Shown one piece after another: positions 23,988 through 34,845 of a stretch of 64,000 nucleotides of DNA; the stretch's first letter is position 1; every line of letters starts with the position of its first letter. Source of the DNA: Macrostomum lignano (taxonomy: Eukaryota); NCBI GenBank assembly GCA_002269645.1, contig NIVC01000228.1, forward strand, positions 17,865-81,864, written 5' to 3'. A program made the position numbers and the translations under genes. A model generated the notes under the pieces. The model saw nothing but the letters and a program-made list of their open reading frames with translations, had not been told where the DNA came from and did not search any database.

Positions 23988-24529
23988 ACTTTTCTATAAA
24001 GTAAATAAAAATGGAATGAATTTGAGAATATTGCTGCTCAAACCAAGCTAAACGCACATAAGTAGAAAAAATATTTCAGGCGTGTTAGATTTCTTGGTTC
24101 ACAAACTCTTGATTCACAAAACACATTAATTCACGAAAAATTAAGTCACAAACTGCTACATGTACGATTCACAAACCCTGACAATTAAATAACTAATCAG
24201 CAAATATTCTGACGTAACGGAATTCGTCTCTGCTTCTTGGTGGGCGCCCCCCAGCTGTCTCTTGGTGAATGAGACCTTCCCCAACATGCTCCAACGCAAT
24301 AAACGCGAACCATAAATACAAATACCATATAAACTATTTTAGCCTCTCCCCCCATAGCAACACTGTACAATTCTAACCATTCACATAGAGGACTGCATGT
24401 GTCTTGGTAAAGCTCGAGTCTAAGTTATCCAGTTCAAATATTGATTCGATCTACAAGAGAACTGAGAGTTCGAATCGGGAGACCACTTGCTTTAGGTATG
24501 ATCCATATTCCTTAAGACTGCTTTGCATG

Positions 24530-24530
24530 G

Positions 24531-24606
<76 letters not shown>

Positions 24607-24698
24607 GGCAGGCAGACAGGCAGACAGACAGACAGACAGGCAGGCCAGGCAGACAGGCAGGCAGACAGACAGACAGACAGGCAGGCAGATAGACAGAC
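24530..24698. repeat. (GACA)n/(GGCA)n microsatellite
   Basis: Visible. Confidence 0.97.
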
Positions 24699-26370
24699 AA
24701 AATGAAAAAGACAAAGACAGAAGAATGGTCCAGATGTAAATTAATGCTCTTGTGTGTGCTATATTGTTTCCTCTTTCACCGCTTTTTGGTATTCGGCGGA
24801 AATTTTGAGCAGCAACTGCTATGCGCAGAACCACTTGGGCAGAACCAAAGCGCAGACTTTGGTCTCAGCGGTACCCACGCAGTCTGCACAGGCGACTTTG
24901 GTCTCAGCGGTGCCCAACATGTCAGTGCCAACGTTGTCGTTTGTGGCGCCATCGACAACTAGTATAGGTTTACCCAATTCTACCGGTACACTGTGCCTTC
25001 AACGCTGCCTGCCATGCCTCTCAGCAACTATAAAGGAGCAATTACCAGTTGTAGTGAATGCGCCGCCGATAATTCACTTTTTAAATGCTCTTTCAAGTTC
25101 CAACTCACAGGCGATCCAATTTTTTTCACAAATCCGCCTACTTAAATGGTGTGCTTTGAAAATGAAGGCGAATCCGGCTGCCCAAAATTGCGCTCTCGAA
25201 TTTTTAACGGGAATTCTTTCGTTACCGGACATGCAAAATTACTTCAATTGCTACGTAAGTGAAAAGTGTTATACGAGTATTTAGTGTAAAAAATCTATCC
25301 TACGATTCTGAACGAATACGTTAATTGTATTTGTAATTATTAATTACTAAAATACAAATGTCTACGACAACTAGAACAAACAGACTTATTTGCAAAGCTT
25401 ACTTACTTTTGACAGATGAATACAACGCTCGTTTGTTCCACATGCCACGCCGTTACACGCCTGGAGAAGAGTGATTTGACATCAATTTTGCGCGTACCAG
25501 TTATTGAAGTCATCGCCGAATCACACAGACATTTCGTGTCCAGTTTGTACTCTCGGTCGACGTAGCCACCACCAGGCCTCATGTCTTTTACGTCAAAGTT
25601 TCTATCCCCCTTCTTTCATATGTACAGAACAACAACAGTATAATGGACCGGAGGGAGTCTAACTATTGTATATACAAACTCTTAGATATTAGGTTTTACT
25701 GACCTTATCTGCTACTGCTAGCTGGTATGCTCGTATGTTAAAGTAATTAGTAGAAAGTAGAATTTAGCAGGCAAGCAAAGAGATCGAGTTTCCAGTTTTT
25801 TTGTTTAGCATAGGTCTTAAAACGATGAGAAATAATAGAGAGGTGTGCAGGCAGTGGCGTGACCCAGCAGCCAGGCGAGCAAGGGGCTTGCGTACAACGT
25901 TATAATTTCTTCCTATTTCCTATCAACGTTACAATAGCTTCCATTTTACTCACTGGAAAGGAGGAAAAACCTTTTCCCCACATACGCACTCTAGTTAGAT
26001 TTCTTGGTCTGTGGTCTTTGTCCCCGTGCATCTCTATCGCTCGGTTGGGGGTTAGGGCTGAGGGAAGGTGGGTTAATTACCTTTGCAATATAATGAGTAG
26101 GCACCTTTTTTACAGTCATTTTGACAAAAAAAGCCCATACGCAATGCGGGATGCGCAGTCAAGTGGGAGTTCTTTGTCTGTGGAATATGGAAAATTGATC
26201 GATGACGGAAGCTATGCTTACAAGCCCCACATGTGAAAAGCAGACAATGGGGAGAGACAGTCAGTGAGCAGCATTAAAAAAATAGGTCACCATAGACAAA
26301 CAATAGATATTAAACACAACTTTTGCTACCCGCCGCCGTCTCTACACGTACAGGAATTAGTTGATTAGAC

Positions 26371-29300
26371 CTAATCACCTGACAGTGACACTAGTGGTAC
26401 AATGAGGTAACAGTCTGGCTGCGGCAGCATTATGCACTTCCTCGTGGGCACTCCCGTAATAGTTTGACGCGAATCAGAATAGTAGCCGATCCGTAGGAGT
26501 GACGAGGGGTAGGGGTAGTTGTATAAGGTGCCGGTCAGGGTGAGAACAACTCTATAGACTTTTTTGTTGCCATGGACTTCGGCTATGCGCACTACATGGT
26601 CTCCAATCATGCAACAATTATAGGGCGCATTTGAGCTGTATCGCAGAGATGATAGCGGACTCTTGGTTAGCAGCTCGCGGACATTAAGCATTTGCGTTAG
26701 CAGGTGTGAAGTGACAAAACGCGTCACTTGAAGCCGCTTCTTAATGTGTGATAAGTAGTTCTCAAAAGGAACGCTAAAAAGTTGCTTAAGCACCCAAAGA
26801 TTTGAACGAATTCAGGGAGATGCAGCAGTACGTGGGTGTTGTGACTCATGACGGTGTCACCGTACACCTCGTGGGCTTGGGCGACAAACTTCTTCAGGCA
26901 AGTTGCGGCTTCAAACACTTCAGTATTGATGCAGTAGTCGGATGGCATAAACACATAGATTGCGAAATGTAAAAGAAGAAAGTTCTTGAAAAGTTGATCA
27001 GGAAAGAATCGCCGGAACAGAACTGGACCGAAGTAAAGAAGATAGTTTTTTTTAACTCAGACGCCTTGAAATGTGCTAATTCTTGGTCAATCCGACGAGG
27101 ACGTCGCTGGAATTGTAACGGAGTGAAGGGAGCAACCCTTTCGATCTCGTCGGACAGCGCTGTGATTTCACCGGGCCTCAGTTTACAATGGCGGCCGTCA
27201 TCTATCGAGAACAGAAAGTGAAACAGCTTCCGCACTGTTCCAAGGCAGACAAGATGCATAGAGTCCGGTGGTATGCACTTAGGGAACTCCAACCCCGGCA
27301 GTTGCATAAGTGGACCGGATCCGGCTCGCTGATTTGACTCACTGCAATTTGAATGAGAAATGAAGTAAGGGAATGAGAGATGAAGGGAGGGGATGGGAGA
27401 TTAAAGGGAGGAAATAGGAGATGAAGTAAGGGAATGAGAGATGAAGGGAGGGGATGGGAGATCAAAGGGAGGAAGAGGAATTGACTAACCATCCTGCGCG
27501 ATAATCTTCAGTTGTACGAGACTCTCCTGCTGTTGTTGGATAGACGATTCGTCTATCTACGGTCTTTGCGGGACTTTTGCAATAAAAGCAGCCGAAATGT
27601 GAATTGTGGCCGAGCGTTTTCGTGATGAAGGAACGAGCTGGTGCATCGCAGATAAAATTCAAGTTGCGCAGTTTGATGATCACTCCCTCAATCGTCGCGA
27701 AGTTAGACATCAGCTCTGTAGCACTCAACAGACATTAACACTCAAAAATAGTGCAGTAGAAACATTGCTATGCTCTTTCGTCTATGGCATTAGTTGGCGC
27801 CGGAAGGAGTCGAGGAGGGGGGAAAGTGAGAATGGGGGTGTGGATGAAATTTAAATAAATTTTAGTCTATGGCCCACATCGACATTAACATGCACTGTAG
27901 TTTTTTGATCCCATAAAGAGGGATACAGAAGGTTTAAGAGAGATGAGTAGAAAGACAGCAGATTTGATTGCTTGCATCTTTCATTTACTCAAACAAAATC
28001 GCCATGGCTGACGCAGAGCCAACTACAGTGGCAGAAGTTCTGCCTCCTCTATTTAACTACGGAGCTATGCCGAATGGTGAGATTTCAGGAGTAACATCCG
28101 GCGAGTTCGACTTGATCTGCACGTCATTCGATCATGCCCAAGGTCATTAGACAGTCGAGATGCAGCGAACCGCTATAGATTCTCCGAGAAAAGCTGCTAG
28201 AGGCTTTCGCTATCTTCTTGAGTTAATGATGAACGTCAGTGAGAAAGCAGGCCTTACTAAGGTGTACACCGACCGCTGCATATGGTAGGTAGTTTGACCT
28301 GTACTTTTGCCCACCATATTCATGTGTCTCTGTAAACACATTTGAATCTAGACAAATCAGTTACCAACTTATCTTAAACTGCAGAGTAACTAGAGCGTGC
28401 CACCTGGATGCCTGTGGCCAGACTATCCAGGAGATCTTGCTCATCACTGGGCGAAAGTGTGAGCGAACTGTTAAGCGCTACTTATCGAGGCGACGTGATC
28501 GCAGTTTGTATAGGGCATCTCTGGCTGTGGATCAGGCGCTGAATCATGCAGTTTCCGAAAATAATGTCAATAATAAGATCGTTAAGCTAGTTCGTCCAAA
28601 ATCCAATCACAATAAGCGAGGCTACGATGGAGTAATGTGCGGATGTTTATCAAGAGCCTGTCCAGACCGACGGCGCACTACGTGTGCAGGCTGCTCCGTC
28701 AAAGAAGATGAAAGTGACCATTGGCGGCAGTCGCAATATGATTGATATTCTTTTTGAGTGACGTTTCTGTGTAGGCCTGGTATTAACTGATTAACATACG
28801 ATTTCTTTGTTGAACAGTTTTTGATGTTTTTCTAACATAAAAAAATAAAATTTACCCTTTGTTATTATTTAAATTGCCGTTGCGTGTTAATGTCCAAAAT
28901 GACATTAACACGCATCCCACGCGCGTGTAATTGTCACCAAAAGTGCATAGCAATGCAATGGGGACGGGTCGAGCAAATCCGGCGATTGTTGCTAGGATGG
29001 GCCAGGCACTAAAGTTGGATCAGTTATAGATAGGCATTCCATCAATGCCTATTTTTAAGTCCAGTTCGAATCCATCCAAACCGTCTGGAAGTGCAACCGC
29101 ATGACTCAACTTCAGCAGATTGTTTTTTAGCAGGTAGGCTATGTTGGAGGCAATACATAGGTAAGCGAAATGGCTTGCACCCATGGAATACTTGAGAATC
29201 TTCTTTTTCCCGTCCTTGGTTGTTAACAAGTACAGAGATTTCGAGACGGGCAATCCGCGGCTGTGAAGTGCGTTTAATAAAAAATGCATCGCTCTGTGAG

Positions 29301-29700
29301 GTATGCTGTAGAGCAGGAAGAGTACCAACAACTCTTCGTCCAGAGATTCCAGAGTGGGCTTAGCTGGCTCTTCTTCTTCATAGACTCTTCCATCTCCTTC
29401 GCATAGATCTTCTTCTGGCAGTTCTACGGACAACAGGTATTGTGCAAGGTGTTGCGGGTCGAACTCGTGATTTGCGGTTACGCTGTCAGCACAAGGAGGC
29501 AGTTCGTCGGGTTGGTTGTCAAGCAGTTCGTCGGGTATGTCTTCTACTACTTTATTTTTCTGTGCGCTTAATTTGGTATCTGATAGCACATTACTAAACT
29601 CTCTCCTAGAGTTGGAATAAAAAATCTTTCTCCTTTTAGTCATACCTTTGGATATAAAAGTAGGATCGATAACAATTGAATGGGATAGACTAGAACTCAA
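26371..29700 (-). pseudogene. Decayed CACTA/EnSpm-type (CMC) transposase gene, element 1
   Basis: Ordered motifs on the minus strand: KIGIDGMPIYN*SNFSAWPIL, FICDAPARSF, GHNSHFGCFYC, DSMHLVCLG, FQRRPR, KASEL, HNTHVLLHL..V..FG, FENYL. Stops, frameshifts, introns and an insertion at about 27.74-28.9 kb interrupt it. Confidence 0.85.
27881..28894 (+). mobile_element. Internally deleted Crypton (DUF3504-type YR) element inserted in the CACTA transposase
   Basis: Spliced reading (intron 28285-28384, GTAGGT..CTGCAG) gives MMNVSEKAGLTKVYTDRCI[*]VTRACHLDACGQTIQEILLITGRKCERTVKRY, matching the Crypton/DUF3504 YTNHxxRxT..L..G....I...TGH+S....Y motif. 14-bp inverted ends GACATTAACATGCA (27881) and TGCGTGTTAATGTC (28881-28894). 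Confidence 0.7.
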
Positions 29701-31141
29701 TGAACTGGTTAAAAATAGTATAGAATCAAACTGTTTTACTGAAGAATTAAATTTAATTGGTTTAATTGGTTGTTTCTTAAGTTAGTAAATAAAACTGAGT
29801 ATAACAAAAATATGCGGAATAACGGAATGAACTGAATCGAGAAGGAAAGACCACGTTCCTTCAATCGAGGGGTCGTGATTGGAGCAGAAAAGCGGGCTTT
29901 TTACAGCCCACCAATTCTATTGGACAAAAATTCTATTGGCACGCTATACATACGTTTGTATTTCAAGTAAATCCAACTATAATCTGCAGTCTGTAGTCCA
30001 ACCAGCAATCTTTTAGTTCAAACTGTGTTTTAAATTCTAGGAACTATCCCGATGAAAACGGTACCCAGGCCAAGAAGCGTCCCAGAGTCACTTGCGTCGC
30101 CCCAGAGTCGTTCTAGACGCGTTGCAGATTACATAGGTTAAATGGGACAGAAGTGATTCTAAACGCTTCTAAAGCGACGAAATGTCACGGTACAAGTCGC
30201 CAAAAAGTCGTCAAAGAGTCGCCCCAGAATCACTTTGAAGCGTTTTATTGTCTGCGACTCTAAAACGATTCTGGCGCGACTCTAGTGATTCTGGGGCGAC
30301 GGTATAACGATTCTGGGGCCGTAGAGTCGTATTTGACGCGTTCTAGAGTCGCATTAGAGTCACTGAGTTGTGTTTGAAGCGCATTTGCGTCGCTTGATGA
30401 ATTAGAGTCGCATTTCCGGCGTTTCAGCGGCGTTTTGCAGTCGCTAAAAAGTCGCAAAAGAAGCGCTTTAGCGTCACTGTAGAATCGTTTGTGCGTCGCA
30501 TCTGAGGCGCTCTGGACGCGTTACAGAGTCGTTACTACTACCGGCCTTAAACAGACTGCTGGATCCTCATAGAAAGTGCATGCTCTTCAGTTAGAAACCC
30601 AGTACGCTGTAAACTTAGCGAAATGATGCAAAATTCGGAAAAGAACGTATGGAAAATTTTCATGCGTTTTCGACAGGCGTCGCAAGTCGGCCATTTATTG
30701 TTAAATATTAGCTGCCAGTTAATTGTTATATTATTGCAACAAAAATAGTGACCAAAAGGTATTAGTATTATTAGTGGCAGTGTTAGTAACAGTAGTAATA
30801 ACTATTAAGTAGAAGTACAGAATGATCACAAATATTACAGTTGAGTGATGATAAGTTTATTATTATTATTACATTTATTATTATCAAAAATTGTGATTAA
30901 ATTATTGAGATTATTAACAATGGAAATCATTAAATTATTATCAAATAATAGTAGTAGCAGTAAAAAATCGACAATAAAATGATTTATACATGTACAGTAG
31001 ACAACGAATTCTCGCAGCTACGCTTTCATAAAGGAGAGTGGATAAGAGTAGCAGATTTATCGTATAGTTCTACGAGTACAATACAATAGTCTTGTGCTAT
31101 CAAAGTATTGCAATCTTTACAAGTACTTACAAGACTACAAG

Positions 31142-31294
31142 CAGAGGCGTAGGGAGGGGGGAATAGGGGGGATGTATCCCCCTCCGAAGAGCCTAACCAA
31201 AACTTTTTGTTGCCCTTTGTTGCTATACATGCTACCATGTGAGCACTTTTACCTTGGTGTATCCCCCCGTAGGAAATTCCTGGCTACGCCCCTG
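31142..31294. mobile_element. hAT-like MITE (CAGGGGCGTAGCC family)
   Basis: Ends CAGAGGCGTAG...CTGGCTACGCCCCTG; flanks ACTACAAG / ACTAAAAG (7 of 8 match, 8-bp TSD). Confidence 0.7.
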
Positions 31295-31404
31295 ACTAAA
31301 AGATCGAAGATGGAGAGGAGGGCCTCGAAGACAAGCCACGCTGGACAAGCCAAGCTGGGGATGCTGGGTACCCCACCAGCTGACCGCCATTAACAGGTTG
31401 ATTC

Positions 31405-32170
31405 CGATGCAAAGCCAAAGTGAGAGACCAAGGCTGAGCTGCACCCCAAGAAGGTCATGCTTTCAGTATTCTGGGACACGAAAGGACACGAAAGTATTCT
31501 GGGAGCTGCTGTCGAAGAACATAGCATCAATGCCACTTCCACCAGGAGCAGCTTGAGCGCCTGCATCAGAAGCTGGCTGAGGTGCGCCCTGAACGTTGCC
31601 GGGTCATATTGCTGCACGACAACGCACCTGCGCACAAGGCACAGTCGACCCGTCAGAAGCTGCTCGAGTTGGGCTGGGAGATTCTTCCCCACCGTACAGC
31701 CCAGATCTTGCACCCACCGATTAACACCTGTTTGCCGCCATCGACCGTTCTATGGCCGGCAAAAAGTTTAATAATGAGGACGACCTGAAGACCCACCTGA
31801 CAAACTTCTTCGAGGGCCAGTGCCCGGAGTTCTATAACCATGTCAATGTAAATTGATAACCCCGTCGAGGGCTGAGCAATAAGTTTCCGGACGTGCATAG
31901 TTAAGAGGCGGCTGATAAAATCTAACACCATAGGAGTCAAGTATATTATATAAATACAATTTTTGTAAAGTTTCAGACACACTGGTCATGTATAGGCAGT
32001 GCAGCACCCAAACCATGCTAGCATACGTACCTATCTATCAAATTCGCCATGGAGCTCAATAGGAGTCTTTGTAAAGCAATGATTTATTACGATTTTAAAA
32101 GTGGTTTGCGACAGCAAGAAAGTCTTGAGCGATTGCGAGGAGCTTTTGGGGATGAAGCACCTTCTAGATG
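31405..32170 (+). pseudogene. Mariner (DD34D) transposase fragments: C-terminal part 31405-31835, then a left TIR-like sequence (~31865) and an N-terminal HTH part 32049-32170
   Basis: LHPKKVMLSVFWDTKG, LLHDNAPAH, GWEILPH(P)PYSPDLAPTD, KKFNNEDDLK; TIR-like CGAGGGCTGAGCAATAAGT; MELNRSLCKAMIYYDFKSG..ESLERLRGAFGDEAPS. Confidence 0.85.
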
Positions 32171-32352
32171 TAACTGTTTTTTTCTAACTCTTTTTGTCTG
32201 GGCACATCCGGAAACATATTGCTCAGCCCTCGTACGGAAAACTTTTACATTGAATGAACTAGTGACAAATGTGAAAAAATTCCCTACAAGCTGATGTTCC
32301 CGCAAATTGCAATGCCTGTTTAATTATTGATTAGTTTAATTTTTGTCTTAAG

Positions 32353-34467
32353 TCAGTTCCCCTGATCAGCTTCCGGGTCGTCTGGCTCCTCTTGGGCACG
32401 TTGGTCGTTGGATCGCTTGGCTTTCATCAGCTCACTGCGCAACCGCCGAAACGCCAACTGCAGTCGCGAAGGAGGGACGTGGGCCTTCACAATTCGTACA
32501 AGAAATGATTGTACTACGTCCAGGGTCCTCTCCGCTACACAATCCCTTGACCGGCCTGTCAACGACTTTGTACGCAAGTCCTCCTCGCTGAAAACAGCAC
32601 GGAGAAGCGCTCTGAGCACGAGCATCTGGGTATGCTCGCTTTTTCGCTCCCCGTGTGTCTCCACCGCGGACATAAGCGTCGAGTAGCTGCGAGCCTTGAC
32701 CTGTAGTAGAAGGGGTAGAATTTTGAGCTGCAGAGCGATATTGGACTTTGCAATTGCATCCACGAATCCATTTTTGCTACCTTGAACGGGTGCCCCGGCA
32801 TGAGCGGAACCATTTCGGCCTCCGGTGCTTCTTCTACATGCTGCTGCACGCTGCTGAATGCAGCGCCAGCTGCTGCTGAAGATGCAGCGGCAGCGGCAAC
32901 GGGCATTGCAGTGGCGGCGGCAACGGGAAGTAAAGTGGCGGTGGTAACGGCGGTTGCAGCAGTGGATGTGGCAGCGGCAGTGGCAACGGCACCTGATGGC
33001 GTTTCCTCGGCCAGCAGCTCCGCCATCAGATCGCCTGTCTCGCCAGGTCGCGAGACGCTAGCGCCGTCACTATGCCACTGTGTCAGCGTTCCGACTGCGG
33101 CAGCTTTTATTGCATCAGCGAATTGGCAGATGCTACTGAACTGCCGCATCACTCCGTCATTCGTACGGGCACGGTCCTGCTGGGCCTGTGCAAGCGGTGG
33201 TATTTGATGATGAGGTGTGGTTCTAAAAATTGGAACGAGTATGTAGTTTCACTTCTAGTGCATCAGAAGGGCCGTGCCTCACCTCAATTAGTGCCGCCTG
33301 CATTTTGTCCAGCTCGCGCTCCATGCTCCCAACCTTGAGGAGCAGCTCTGCATTTTCTCTGGCCAACCGGTCAACCGTCAGATCTCGGGCTGCCAGATCT
33401 GTCTGCAGCTGACCCACATTCAGCTGGAGAGCCTGCAGCGAGGCCGCAGTTTCATGCAACTTTACGTCCCGCACGGCGCACTGCGAGCACGTGTCTGGCA
33501 CTACAGGAGAATGTAAGGGTGGGAGTTTTTTAAACATTCTCTCTCTGGCTTTGGCTTCCCGTTTGTCAGCTGGACCCCAGAATAAAATTGCAGGATACCG
33601 ACAGCTGTTAGCGGACGGCTTCCTTGCCCAGAAGACGGAGACTTCATCCCATCTGTGATGCCCGTTAGTTGGTGGTGGGTCACAGAAACAAACAGTGCCA
33701 TCCATTGCACGAAAGCTGCCTGCTTCTTTAAACTGTACCACCCACCAGGACGACCCACCTAATGCGACGGCAGACGCAGCGGAGCCGGTGGCATCAGAGT
33801 TCGCGCCGGTGGCAGCGGAGCCGGTGGCAGCAGAGCCGGTGGCAGCGGAGCCGGTGGCAGCAGAGCCGGTGGCAGCAGAGCCGGTGGCAGCGGAGCCGGT
33901 GGCAGCAGAGCCGGTGGCAGCGGAGCCGGTGGCAGCGGAGCCGGTGGCAGCAGAGGTCGCGCCGGTGGCAGCAGAGGTCGCGCCGGTGGCAGCAGAGGTC
34001 GCGCCGGTGGCAGCGGAGCCGGTGGCAGCAGAGCCGGTGGCAGCGGAGCCGGTGGCAGCGGAGCCGGTGGCAGCAGAGGTCGCGCCGGTGGCAGCAGAGG
34101 TCGCGCCGGTGGCAGCGGAGCCGGTGGCAGCGGAGCCGGTGGCAGCAGAGCCGGTGGTAGCGGAGCCGGTGGCAGCAGAGGTCGCGCCGGTGGCAGCAGA
34201 GGTCGCGCCGGTGGCAGCAGAGTTCGCGCCGGTGGCAGCAAAGGCAGTTGGCAGTCGCTTCGGCCGATGCGACCGGGAATCGGTTCGGTTGTGCACCGTG
34301 GCTGAGCAGCGGCCGCACAAAAACATCAAAGTCAGTGGGCATTTGGAGCACCGCACCTCCGCCAGGCTGGTACATGAAGCACAGCTCCTAGCGTCTTGAG
34401 CAGCTCGCGTCGGGAGGCTGCCCGACTTATCGGCTGTGCGGCGGCGAGTCTGGCGACCGGATGACAT
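32353..34467 (-). CDS. CACTA accessory protein, ~645 aa: B-box-like Zn finger, SAATG repeat linker, coiled coil, C-terminal BEN-like domain (exons 34467-33283, 33185-32781, 32700-32353)
   Basis: Both introns are GT..AG and phase 0 (ALIE|AQQD, PFK|VKAR). CASC-x7-CSKC-x7-CGRC-x3-H-x7-H. LVLRALLRAVFSEEDLRTKSLTG..LD resembles BEN domains. No internal stops. Confidence 0.7.
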
Positions 34468-34845
34468 TTCGCTGAAAAAAATTGTAGTGGGGTCCGTTCC
34501 GTTGCAAATTCCATATGGGTTCTCATAAATTTGAAGGAGTAACGCAGTTTGCTGAATTCACTTATAAAAGTGTATGTACGCTCGTATATATTTTCGGGAA
34601 GTGAAAAGTATGCGGATAAGCAACTGAAAATCTACAGCATAACATTGTAAACTCATAAGTTCGAAGCTTCGCATGCTCAAAATTTACGAGCAGAGTTGAC
34701 GTTCTATTTCGAAGCTTTTGTCATGTCCCCTCTTAAGCATCTCTCTCCAGGCCTGGCCCTGGCGCCGTGTGCAACGGCTGACATTTTTGTTTCGTCTGCT
34801 TGTATTGTCTACTGCTTTAAATAAATAATTAAATCAATAGTTCGT

